The notes: generated by a model not told the origin, from the sequence alone. 64,000 nucleotides of DNA from Phaeosaccion multiseriatum (GCA_965112735.1 OZ218959.1:3348001-3412000), one strand, 5' to 3'; shown: positions 37,533 through 49,334, counted from the first letter of the stretch. Program-made: numbers and translations.

Positions 37533-40302
37533 ATGCGTCGCTTTGTGCTCGCGGCCACCTTACTGCTGGTGAATGTGGCGGCCGTCCATGGCTTCCATGG
37601 CCCACCACTGCGGCTGCATACTTCCTTTGAGCAGCAGTGTAGACGAAGTAGCAGCAGCAGCAGTAGTAGTAGTGGTAGTAGCAGAAGCAGTAGGATATAT
37701 AGCACGGACGGCGGCACGGACGGCGGCACGGACGGCAGCACGGACGTCAGCGCTGCGACGAGGGACGTACTGGCAAAGCTCAAAGAGTCCGGCAAGATGA
37801 AGGCCAAGGCGGCAGAGGCGGCGAGGAGCAAAGGACGGTGGAAGCGAGCTCGGGCCATGTCGAGATTGACTCGTCGGGAAGACGACTCTTTACCCCCGAG
37901 CGAGGACCCTCTTCCTCCCCTTAGCGGCATTGGTGTGGTGACGCCAAGCCCCCCGCCCGAAGAAGAGACGCCGGAGGACCGTGCCTTTCGCATAGCAAAG
38001 GAGCGGGCTAGAACAGACGCGGCAGGAAACCGAAGGGCTGCCGCAGCGGCGGAGGCTGTGGCAATGGCTCGAGCGAAGGCTAAGGTAGAGGCCGAAATGA
38101 AGGCCAAGGCGGAGGCGGAGGCCAAAGCCAAGCTGGATGCAGGAATCACGCCCGAGGTGGAGGCGAGGATGAAGGAGGAAGAGGAGGCGCGGATGAAGGC
38201 GCAAGCCAAGGCGCAGGCAGAGGCTGATGCGAAGGCCAAGGCGGCCAAGGCGGCTGCGCTCGCCGAAGAGAGGGCCGCCAACTTGGCGCAGAGGGAAGCA
38301 GACGCAGCGTGGGAGGCCAAGGCCCTTGAGCGAGCTCAGAACGAGGACGCCCGTTTGAGGGCAGAGGAAGAAGAACAGCGGCGCGCTCGGAAGGAAAAGA
38401 TGGAGGAGGAGGATGCCAAGCTGAAGGCAGAAGCGGCGCTGTTGTCTCCCGAAGACGTCCCCATCGGGCAGGAGTACGTGTCTCCGGAGAATGACAACCC
38501 AGCCTACATGGACACGCGCAACATTGTCATTGTTGCCAAAGTGGAGCTCGACGAGGGGCAGGCGCTGCTCGATGAAGCCATTCGTCGCTGGCAGAGTGCT
38601 ACGCAAAAGGTGGGGGCCATACGCGACGAGCTCTCGCCCCGGAAGCTCGCCGCCAAGGAGGCTGACCGGAGGCGTGTGTGGGCCAACAAATTCGGCACTG
38701 TTGAGGAAATGAAGTTGGCGGAAGAGCAGGCCAAGCTCGCCGCATCCAAGTCGGTAGTGATGGTCAGGGAGAGGGAAGTTGCCGACGTGCAGGTGAGCAA
38801 CCGGCTGCATGAGGTCCAGATTGAGCAGTTCCAGGTAAAGAAGCTCAACCTTCGCATGGAGGACGGGACGCTCAAGTACAAGGCGGCCTTGCGGGACATT
38901 GAAACGGGTATTGAGGCGGCCAGAGATATCTCGCGCAATGCCATTCGATCCGCGATGGCGGAGGCGGAGGCCCGACACCGCGCCGACGAAGAAGTGACCA
39001 TCCAGAAAATGCTCACTCTGAACTTTGGGAGAGAGGAACGGGACCGGTGGATGAGCTCGCCGGAGGGGCAGGCTGTGCAGCAAGAGGCGGAGAGGCAGAA
39101 GAAGGTGGAGCAAGAAGCAAGGAGCTTGTACTTTAAGGAGCGTGCTGAGCAGCAGCGACAGGAGGCGGCCGAGAGAGAGGCCAAGGAGAGAATGCTGGCG
39201 AAGCTCAAGCCAGACGAAGATGCCGACACGGAGGGCTACAAGGCGGAGGCGAGCCTGGTGGAGTCCAAGCTCAATCTAAGGAAGAATCGCGCTGCGGCCA
39301 AGATGAAGGCCGAGGCATGGCTCAAGGAGGAGAGGGAGATGGCCGTGGCGGAGCGCACATGGCTCTCCAAGAGGCGTGACTACGAGAAGAAGCACTCGGT
39401 GCAAAAGAAGGAGACGCAGCTTGCCAAGGCGCTTGCACGCCTCTCGCCCGCCGAAAAGGAAGCCCGGAGCAGCATGTTGCCCGCAGAGATGGCTCTCTTT
39501 GACGCCGAGCTCGCTCTGGCCGCCGCCACTGACGAGGAATGGGAGACTACGGCAGAGCTCAATGTCAAGGAAAGCCCCGACAGTGCGTCTGGAGGGGCGG
39601 ATGCCTCAGTCGCGGCGGGTATGGTCGAGCTACAGAAGATGATCAAGAGCGACGACGAGTTTCGAGAGCAGAAGAAGAAGGACCTGCAGGAGCTCGTGGA
39701 GGAGAACAGGAGAAACGACCCCCCCCCCACGGCCAAGGACCAGGTGGACACCATCATCAAGCACACGAGCATCATGGGGCTCAAGGACATTCTCAAGCAG
39801 CAGGTTCGTCGTGTCCACTCCTCCTCCCTATCTCGTACGTGTTGTTGTTGTTGAGTCCAGGATGGCCCCCTCCTTTTTCTTGTACTTGTACAGGGTGTAA
39901 ACTTGATGTCGCTGCCCACTGGAGTCTACGCTTCTCGCAAGAAGCTTGCCCCCTATCTTGTCAAGATCCTCGCCGGGGAGGAGGAGGACTATGACCTAGC
40001 TCTGCAGACTCTTCGGGTATGTATGTGTGTTCGTTTCGTCTGTGCTTTTTGTTTTTTGTTTGTTTGTATTTGTGTTTGTTCGTGTGTGTGTGTGGTGTGT
40101 CTCTTTGCGCTTTTGCCTTGTGACGAACGAGCAAGTTGTGCCATGCTTACCTCTGCTCCGCTGTTTTGCTTCTTTGCTTTCTCAGGACGTGGACCGCCTG
40201 ATGCTTGAGTCTGTAGCGGATAGGGTGCCCAAGCCGCCCAAGACGTGGTGGGGCAAGTCCAGACTCTTCAACCTGGAAGAGAAGAACAACTACACGGACT
40301 AG
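37533..40302 (+). CDS. Plastid-targeted long coiled-coil protein of unknown function
   Basis: MRRFVLAATLLLVNVAAVHG-F signal + Phe, a Ser-rich transit peptide and a long A/E/K/R-rich helical region. Two GT-AG introns near the 3' end. Confidence 0.7.
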
Positions 40303-40458
40303 GGCATCAGGAATTTTTAATTGAAAACAGAGATACAGTACCCCCTCTCCTGTGTTTCAGTGTCTATTATTCTATTAGCCTCCAGGGTATGAGGAAGCGA
40401 CGGAGCGGAGGTGAGAGCGAGAGCAGGAGCACAGCAACACTGCCCAGGGGGAAACCAA

Positions 40459-41047
40459 TCACGACATCATTGTCCTTGTCGCTTTCACCAGAGACTCGTT
40501 GCTAAACGGGTACCGCAAGAGGCTGCTGAAGAGGTGCTGCTCGTACTCGTCTTCCCGCCACTTGGACGACGAGTCGACGAGGAGTGTCAACTGGATGTTC
40601 CGCTGTCGCCCCGAGGCCACGGCCTTTATTAGCCTCGCCGCTTCTTCCCCGCTCAGATTCTTCTCGTCCTTCTGCACGAATACTGCGTGATAGCTGGAGG
40701 ATAGAGCACAGGTCGGGGGGGGGAGGGGGAGGGGAGTAAGTGGGATTGGGGGAGAGGGAAAGAGCAACGAACTGGACGGGGTTGACTACCCGGAACTTTA
40801 AAGCCCGCCGCAGGCCGCAGCATAAGCCTGTAGCCTTCGGCACCCACCTCGTGTCAGCCATTCTCTCCACCGCCTCGAAGTTGGAGGCCACCACGTCAAA
40901 GACCCAGGCTTTGCCCAGCGCCGCACTCACAGCTTCCCCGAGAACATTACCAGTCTCCAGCAGAACCGCGCTATCGGTGTGTGTCGTAACAAACAGGGCC
41001 CGTACTGCTGCAGAACATGACTGACCTCGCAGTCCTTGGTCTTCCAT
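40459..41047 (-). CDS. Stand-alone pseudo response-regulator receiver (REC-like) protein
   Basis: Two exons (intron 40847-40694). The product has the REC pattern RALFV...FDVVASNFEAVERMADTSYHAVFVQ...LSGEEAARLIK...IQLTLL...FSSLLRYPFSNESLVKA. Confidence 0.6.
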
Positions 41048-41510
41048 GTTCCTCTCCCGCAAAGCTGGGGTGGGTACGCGTAAATCCCTTTTCCTCTATT
41101 CCCCCTTCTACTAGAGTCACTACTCCTCAGTACCCTGAGCTCATCAGCTTTCGAACATACCTTGCACCGCTTCCCTAACGCCCTTCACAAGGGTGTGTTG
41201 CACCTATCTCGCTGGGCCTTTCTTTGTTAATACTCAAAGGGGGATCACAAAACTAAAGCTGCTGCTGGCTGCTGCTGCTGCTGCTGCTGCTGCTACCGCT
41301 TACGTACTCGGACCAAATAACCGTCCTTAGCCCCAGAAAGCCAGAAAGCAGTGCTGTCCTGTGTACTGTCTCCGTCCGAAGTGGTGAGTTAAGGTGGTGG
41401 ACTGTGATGTGTGGCCCTCCAACTGCCAACACCCTGCGCGGGAAGGAAACCCATCGTGAAACTGTCACAGACTTATTACTGCATTCTATGAAAGGGGGGG
41501 GATAGATGAA

Positions 41511-42348
41511 ATGACCTCCGCGCCCCTCTCTTCCGAAGAGAGTGCGAAGGATGGAGACGAGGCGTGGAGGCGAAGCGTGATACAGGTAAAGTATACAAAG
41601 TAGCTCTCTTTCCCTATCTCTGTCTCCCTCTCTACTTTTTTTTGCCGTCGCGTCTCTCTCACTCTACTTCTCTTCTCCCAACTCTCGCATGCGCTGAGCA
41701 CAGGCGGTTCCCATCCCGGACCTGAGCCACACTGGAATCAAGACAGCGTTTGACTACCAGGCGACACAGGCTCTGTCCCCGGATGGCAACGTGACTCGAG
41801 AGTTTCGTGAGATCATCAACCATAGAATGAGATCGTGCACAATAGTCCCGGACGAAAAAGATCAGGACATGAGCGCCAAGGACTACAAAAGGACGGTGCG
41901 GCGCTATCGGAAGGGGGTTGGTGGTGCCTCCCCCCTAATGTCCCGGATGTCGCTTCTGGAGGGAGATGGGCAGGGCAACGGAGGCTTAGGAAATAGTGAC
42001 AGTGCCCTCACCAGCGGCAGCAGCGTAAGCAACAAGGAGCGCCACCATCGAAGTGTGCGATTAGCCGCGTTTCGGCAGGACCTCGCTGACTTACAGGAGA
42101 CCAACGACCCGTCCTTCTCCAGAGAAAAGGACTGCCCTTGGGGCCAGGCAAGACAGCTGGACAACCTGCCAAGAAGGAAAAGAGGGAGGAAGAAGAAGGC
42201 GACGACGACTGCAGCTCTTCTGGGGTGCTTACTCGATCTCGCCTACGAAAAGCGCCCGGAGGAGGCATGGGATTTGCAGGGGTTGCCGGATAGTATCGTA
42301 GAGACCACGGCCCAGAACCGGAGGGCGAGAACGCCACTGCCGCGCTAG
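41511..42348 (+). CDS. Hypothetical protein, 2 exons
   Basis: ATG at 41511. A GT-AG intron (41586-41703) joins in frame to the ORF ending at 42348. It contains basic RRKRGRKKK (NLS-like). Confidence 0.5.
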
Positions 42349-43029
42349 CCCTTTTGGTAGCTTTTGCTTAGATCATTCGAATAACTTAGTCGTTGTAAAT
42401 CTTGGCGTTTGGCGTGGCGCCAAGCCTCCTCCCCTTCCGCCTGAAGCAGCAGAGAAAGCCGCAAAGGGGCTCTCTCAGCGTCTCGGTGGAGTTCTGGCAC
42501 TCAAGGCGGGCCTTTCGGAAGGAATGACAGCGCCCACAAAGGGGACGCTCTCAACCTTTGCTATTGGCCTTTCAGTATGCCCCACCACACCTGTACTTGG
42601 TCTCCTTCCGTTCAGGAGGTGTAGACACAACAACACGCCTCCGATCCGAACCAGACTAAACCGGGCGTAATACATCCCTAGGGGCAATCACCCCCGTCGG
42701 GGTCCATACACGCGCTCACGCTTCTTAACTCCGGCTCTCGAGACGCAGTTTCTCCCTGGACTCCTCTCTGCGAAAGCAGAAGCTCGGTGGGCGATGCATT
42801 GCTGTAGAGCAAAACTTCTTGTAGTCAGAAGCCACCTCCATGCCCTTGCAATCTCCACCAAATGTTGAAGGACAAACTCTTTACAGAGTGCTGTCCCAGG
42901 ATTCATATCTCGGAAGCCGAACAGAGTCTCACGCACTGGTCTTCGGACGTAGCGGTGCTACGATAGAGGGGATAACGTAGTCAGCCCCCACAAGCTCGGC
43001 TCCTCGCACCTCTCATCACCCCACTGTAC

Positions 43030-44109
43030 CTATCGCGCCCGCCCCCCCTTTCCCAGCACGCTCAGGGCCATGCCGAGACCCGTGCCAAGGATGACGAGTC
43101 CGAAAGCAGCAAACAAGTGGCTTCCATGCCGCTCCTCCTTGTCGCTGACACCCAGGCCGAGCGCATAGGCGTAGAGCCGAGCATCGATCTGGAAACCCTG
43201 TTCTTGACTCAGCCGATCCAAGCTCTCTCGTAGGGAACGAAGGGGAAGCCTGTGAACCGTGATGAGCTCCCCCTCTTCAGGCGTAGCCACAGCGTTCACA
43301 TTCTCCGGGGCATCCCTGAGATTCGGCCCGGGTGCGATCGAAGGGTATGTTGCAGGCCCAAGCGTGAGCAAGGGGGAGGGGAACTGATGGAACACAATTT
43401 CTCTGAGCTCACCCGTCGATGTCCATCGCCACGTATCTCATGTTGGCATTCGTCATACCTGGATCGCACGGGGTAATGGGCGACTGGAACAAGTGCATTG
43501 GGCGGAGCGAAGGCAGCAACACTAAATGGGATAGGCTGAAATGGATTTAGAGTCACACAAGAGCACCGACCTGCGAGACGACGGTGCCTGAGTATCCGGT
43601 TTCCTCCTTCAGCTCTCGGACAGCAGCTTCACTTGCGCTTTCCCCGGCATCCACTAGCCCCTTCGGCGCATTCACGTAAGACAAGAGCGTCAGCTGCGGT
43701 GGCGAGTGCTTGGTTTCAATGCCCTTCTACTCTATCACTCACCGCCGGTGCTTCGATCATATCTCCGTCCGGACAGGGAGGCCTAAACTGCGACACAAGC
43801 AAGAGTTCTGCTGGCTTCCCCGTCTTGGGGTACCGAACAACGCCCATTACAGCCACGCCATCGCACTCGGATCTTCGCGTCGGACGAAAAGCCGCCTCCC
43901 AGAGTCGGTCTTTGCCAGCAGGATCTTGCCAAAAAATCTTTACAAAAAGGGAAGAAACGAGCAGGCAGCGCGCGTTTAGCTGCAAGGGTCCCCGCTGTGT
44001 CTTTCTTTACAGGGTTGCTTGCCTTCTTCAGGGACACCCATCGGAAATCGGGCGCGGCGAGAAGCTCCTCCTTGACGACAATACTGCTTTTCATCCTCTC
44101 TCCCTTCAT
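43030..44109 (-). CDS. NUDT5: Nudix hydrolase, ADP-ribose pyrophosphatase (NUDT5/Ysa1-like), with C-terminal hydrophobic tail
   Basis: WQDPAGKDRLWEAA, QFRPP, Nudix box GLVDAGESASEAAVRELKEETGY, DPGMTNANM, EEGELITV and IDARLYAYALG. Confidence 0.85.
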
Positions 44110-44402
44110 TTCCTCAATCCGTCCTTGCTCCGTGGTTTCTCTGTCTTACTGTCTTACTCTATTTTAGCGTGTGGAGAGAATGGGGGGGCGATGAAGGATC
44201 GGCGAAGGATCGGAAAAGAAGGGAGAATCCATGAGCCAGTTGTGAATTCTGTAACGTTCCTTTTCTTTATCATCTCTCCTCTCCTTATCTCTCCTCTCCT
44301 TTCTCCCTCCTCCCTCTTTTTCTCTCTTTTCTACAAAAGAAGGGGCACTGCTTCCCCCCTCTATTCTCTGTTTGGTCGAAAGCCCTGGCTGTTGCAGATA
44401 AA

Positions 44403-45560
44403 ATGGGTAGCACGACGCTGCCTGCGACGTCATGCGCGATGCGGGAGAGCATCGCGCAAAAGAGCGGGCCGAGGGCGTCAGTGTACAGTGTTCTGCGGAG
44501 CCAGGCGTATGCGACCGACATCCGCTTCTTTAAGTCCAGTACGAAGCAGCCGTACCGCACTGGGGATGTGTACAAAGGGAATTGGTTAAAGGACAAGAAG
44601 AGTGGGTACGGCACAATGACTTGGGCTGGGGGTAGCAAGTATGAGGGGGAATGGGGGGGGAATGCGAGGGAAGGCAAGGGGACGCTTTGGATTAAAGATA
44701 AGAAGCACAACAAGCTGCGGAAGCAGTATGCTGGGGATTGGGTCAAGGACAAGAGGGAGGGCATGGGGGTGCTGTACTACAAGGACGGGGGCCGGTACGA
44801 GGGTCAGTGGAAGGCCAACAAGAGGGACGGAAACGGCAAAATGGTGTTCGCCGACGGCTCCATTTACGAGGGCGCTTGGGTAGCAGGGGCACGGCACGGC
44901 ATTGGGGCCATGAAGATGCCCAATGGTGACATGCACGAGGGCCACTACATGCACGACAAGAAGGAAGGACCGGGCAGGTACCTCTACTTCTCCACTCGGA
45001 AGATCTACGAGGGAGAGTGGGTGGACGATGCTCCCCGCTGCGGAGAGTACAAGGACTTGCCGGTGGACCTTGTGTTGGAACACGTGCCGGACGAGAGCTT
45101 CACGCTCCCCTCCCTGCACATGGCGAGTGCCAAGGCCGTGCTGAGCTTCGCGGCGGCGAGTATTAGGAACCAGAGGGCCATCCGCCTGGGGCAGTCAGAG
45201 CGGGCCTTCTCCGAGGAGGAGTTTGCCATCCTCAAGCAAGGCTTTGACGCCTTCGATGAAGACAAGTGCGGTCTCGTGGCGTGCAGGGCTAAGGGGGGCA
45301 ACACACAAAGCCCTCTGCAGCAGGTGCTGCACAGCATTGGGCTCGAAATGGGGGCTCATGAGTACGAGGCGCTCATCCAAAACCTCGGTGCCGCAGACCA
45401 GAACACCTCCGTCACCTTCCCGGAGTTTATTGACATAATCGGGTGGATGACGAGCTATCAGGACCAGGAAGAAGAGCGAGCGGGAGGGGGGGAGAGGGGA
45501 AGTGAGCGGGAAGAAGAGCAAGAGGACCAATGGGAAGGAGCTGAGCATCAAAATGTATGA
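44403..45560 (+). CDS. MORN3: MORN repeat protein 3-like with C-terminal EF-hand-like pair
   Basis: About seven MORN repeats (YKGNWLKDKKSGYG, YEGEW, YAGDWVKDKREGMG...) and YEGEWVDDAPRCGEY. The tail reads FAILKQGFDAFDEDKCG...VTFPEFIDII. Confidence 0.85.
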   Translation: MGSTTLPATSCAMRESIAQKSGPRASVYSVLRSQAYATDIRFFKSSTKQPYRTGDVYKGNWLKDKKSGYGTMTWAGGSKYEGEWGGNAREGKGTLWIKDKKHNKLRKQYAGDWVKDKREGMGVLYYKDGGRYEGQWKANKRDGNGKMVFADGSIYEGAWVAGARHGIGAMKMPNGDMHEGHYMHDKKEGPGRYLYFSTRKIYEGEWVDDAPRCGEYKDLPVDLVLEHVPDESFTLPSLHMASAKAVLSFAAASIRNQRAIRLGQSERAFSEEEFAILKQGFDAFDEDKCGLVACRAKGGNTQSPLQQVLHSIGLEMGAHEYEALIQNLGAADQNTSVTFPEFIDIIGWMTSYQDQEEERAGGGERGSEREEEQEDQWEGAEHQNV

Positions 45561-45630
45561 AGGAAAAACATCTATTGTAATGTGATTTATTAGAAATATG
45601 AGTCACAAAGACTGAAAGAGCGAAGGTGAA

Positions 45631-48600
45631 TCAAAACCTGTCTTCCCCGAGCTCCACGTCTTGTGGCACTTGGGACAACTCGTAAAAGGCGTGCTCGACG
45701 GGCCCGTTGTACACCCTCACCACCCGCAGCCCTACGGAGGACTCGGCTTCTGTCCCCAGCACACCACCGCCTTCTAATTGCAGAGGGGGCAGGGGCCCGC
45801 CCACGGAGCTGGTCACGACCTGCTGTACGTCAGGCCGATCCTCCACCATCCAGTCGTCGTCGCTCCCTGCTTCCTCCTCCTCTTCTTCCGCTGCCGCTTC
45901 CTCCTTCGTCTCCTCGTTAGCACCTTCCGCAGCAGCAGCCTTCGCTTTTTTACCCTGTGTGGGAACTCTCAGCTTACACACCCGCTCGCCCCCCGCCTCG
46001 AAGCGCCCCCAAACACCCTCCACCGTCTCCGTTTTTCTGATGTGCCCATACGCCGCCTTGGCCTTGAAGCTCCGCTCCACATTGCGGTGAAGGTGCCCTG
46101 CGAATATGAACTTAACCTTGTTCCTGGCAAAGGTGCTCAGCCACCGCAGGCGCGTCTCCTTCGGTATGGGACTAAACACCTCGTGCGGCTCCTCGGACAG
46201 ACTCTGCGGGGGCAATAATAAATACAGGAGGTGGGGGGGGGGCTGAATTAGGGACTCACACTCAGCAGTTCGCGAGCTTATTAGAAGTGACGAAGTATTC
46301 CTTTTGCCTCCTCCCCGTCCACTTCACCTGCAGAAAGAGCGGGTGGTGTCCAAACACAAAGATGTGGTGTGCGTTGAGCTGGGACACCCCCAGTTCGGCC
46401 TCCAGCCACACGTCCTGCAGCCTGGCTCGAGAGGACGAACTCAGCGGCGGGCACATCAGGCATGTGTTGATGACCACACAGCGCGCCCCGCCGAACCAGT
46501 AAGCATAGTAGTCCGCCCCAAAGTGCCGGAGATAGGGGGCCATGGCCACGTCTCCGGGGTCATCGCCGCCCTTCTCTTCCTGCTCCCCCTCAACCTCCTC
46601 TATTGCGGCTGGGGGCGCAATGTCGTGATTTCCTGGCACGTACATGACCTGCCGAGACAGGACCAGGAGCAGCGTCAGGCGCGTGTGTGTGTGAGAGAAA
46701 GAGATGTTGGCCTGGAGAGCAAACCAATCCACAACTCAAGCGGGTGGGGGAGGGGAAGGAGGGCACTTACAGGAATTGTTGCCGACACCTTGCCCATGAT
46801 CTTCAACACCTGCTGCACCTGCCCCTCGTAGGAGGCACTGCCTGGCACGCTCTGTGTCATGTCCCCAGACACCACCACGAACTTGGGCCTGAGAGTGTTG
46901 ACCCGCCCCACCGCGTCACGCAAGCGGTCGGCCTCCTGCGCCCAGTCCTCGCCACCCTGCGCCATGCCCACCTGGGGATCTCCGAGGTGCACGAAGAAGA
47001 AGGGGTGCTCCCACTGGCCGTTATTCTCCCACGTCAGGCCCAGGTAGTCCCGCAGGCACTCGTCCGCCCTTTGTGCCTTGGCCTCCGCCCCAGAGGAGTG
47101 GAAGAGGCGCTGCACCCCAGGCTCGGACAAATCCCCCTTCCTTGTCAAGTAGTGCCGCAGGGCGCACAGCTCCAGAGGGTAGCGTGCCTTGATACGGGAC
47201 ACGTCCACGTGACTGGGAAGCGGGGCGCGGACGATGTGTTGGGCAGTGGCCCACTGACTTATGTGCCGGCCTGTTGCTCGCAGGCAAAGCTCGTTCAGCC
47301 TGGGGATTCGAAGTGCACTCTTTGAGTATAACTCGTCCACACCCCCTTCGCCCAAGGCGTCCCAGTACCTGTGATGCGGGGGGGGGGTGGGATGAGTTGG
47401 AGGGAGCTTGTAGCATCAAAGCAAAAGAAACAAAGCACACAGGAAGGAGCTGATTTCATTTCATCGGCTTCTTCGTACCGATGGGCCTTGAGCGCCTGGT
47501 ACCCACCCCGGCCCTGACTGCCCAGCCTACTCTGCGGCTCGTACTGCAGCAGCTCCTTGATCAGAGAGACCAAGTCCTCCCCCATGTGCGGCGGGAAGCG
47601 CAAGAGGCCCTCCTTGATCCGCAAGAAGCACAGGTAGGGGCTTGGCGCGTGGAACGGGGTGTGGCCGCTGCTCAAGTGGAATAAACAACACCCCAGCGCC
47701 TGTCCCCCGATAAGACAGACAGACAGACAGACATACATACATACATACAGACAGACAGACAGACAGACAGACAGGCAGACAGACAGACAGGCAGACAGAC
47801 AGGCAGACAGACAGGCAGACAGAGACAGGTTTGGTTTTGGCCAGATACAATGTGGAGTTCGCGTGGCCGCGATGGCGTCACACCTATCCCCCCCCCCCCC
47901 AATACTCACCCACAGGTCTGCCTCTGTCCCCTGCGTCTCACTCTTGACGGCCTGCGGGGACATGTACTGAGCAGTGCCCACAAACTCCGGCCCGTTGAGG
48001 TCGGTGTTGGTCAGATCCTTGGCGGTCCCAAAGTCAATGAGCTGAAGGGACGGACGGACGGACGGACGGAGGGAGGAAGGGCAGAGGAGGACCGTAAGAA
48101 GCAGCCTCGCTACGACCTGGGCTGATGAAAGTAGCCTCACCACCCCCATTAGGTGGGGTGAGACCCCGACGCACCTTGATGTGTCCGTTGCCCATAATCA
48201 TGATGTTCTCGGGCTTTACATCTCTGTGCACCATCTTTTTAGAGTGCATCCACTCCAGAGCAGCCACCAGCTCCCCCATCCAGAAGCGCGCCAAGGATGG
48301 CTCCACCCCGACTGCCTTCCCTCTGTCCATGGTGCGCTGCCAGACCTCCCCTCCCTCGCATAGCTCCAGCAAGTAGTACAAGCTGCCATAGTCCTGTGAG
48401 CGAACGATTGTTCAGCGCGTGGAGCGGCAGCACCCTGGCCCATTTAGTGAGTTGGTCCTTCATTGTGGTTGGAGGAGGGTTCTCAGTTGGTCTTTCCCTC
48501 CGGTCCTGCCTGCTTCTCTGCGAACTCTGATGGTGGGATGGACGACGCATCTACAGCTGCCCTTTGGCTGGACGGTCTGCCTGGTGGGGGCAGCATAGGG

Positions 48601-49154
48601 TTCGGGCGGAGTACCGGCTGCCTGCATATGTGATTCGCTGCCAAGGGCGAAAAGGCACCACCCTCTACTCCTCCCACACCCACAACCCTCACCGAGCCAA
48701 ACGACTCACACCCCACACTCCAGACCATCACGACGTATATACTCAACGATGACGGCCCCCATTGCTTTGGCGTTCACCTGAAAGGTTGCAAGCATCTCAA
48801 TGATACCCGGATGCCCGTGAAGGTGCGTCAAGGCCCTCTTCTCCATGTAGATTTCATTATATATATTCGCATGGCGCCGCTTCATCCTGTTGGCCTCGCT
48901 CTTGTCAATCACCTTGGGGTTGCACACGATAATAGAGGAATTGAGGGAGATGCTGGCGCGAGTTGATGACAGCAACAGCCGCTCACCTTGAGAGCCAGGA
49001 TCTGGCCCGTGAGTTTCCTCTTGACCTTCATAATGGTGCTGAAATTGCCTTGGCCTAGCTCCTGCAGCACCTCAAAGTCCTTTATGCTCGGCTTGCCCAG
49101 CTTCATGCTGTCCTCCCCCTCATCCCCCTTCTCTGGCTCATCTGCTCCAGACAT
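45631..49154 (-). CDS. PDK1-like AGC Ser/Thr kinase fused to a CPPED1-like calcineurin-type metallophosphoesterase
   Basis: Kinase motifs LGQGNFS, ALK, HRDVKPEN, IDFGTAK, FVGTAQYMSPQ and DLWALGC. The in-frame splice (intron 47479-47369) leads into GDPQVG, SGDMT, PGNHD, FGHHPLF and FAGHLHRN. Confidence 0.88.
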
Positions 49155-49334
49155 CCTCCCTCCCCAACCCCCTATACAAGCCCAAAGTCACTACTGGAGG
49201 GGGAGGGGCTGGATGTTCGACAAAGGAGCGATGCAGGTCAAATCGCGTGAAGTGCCATCCCCCTCAACCGTCCTTCCTTGGATTGGATCATCCCGACTTC
49301 GTAATAAAATATTCCTTCCTTCGATCCGCTAGGC

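Noticed and set aside
37424-39229. Long antisense ORFs opposite coding exons (here and throughout the window)
   Set aside because: They are shadow ORFs expected from GC-rich codon usage and carry no recognisable motifs.
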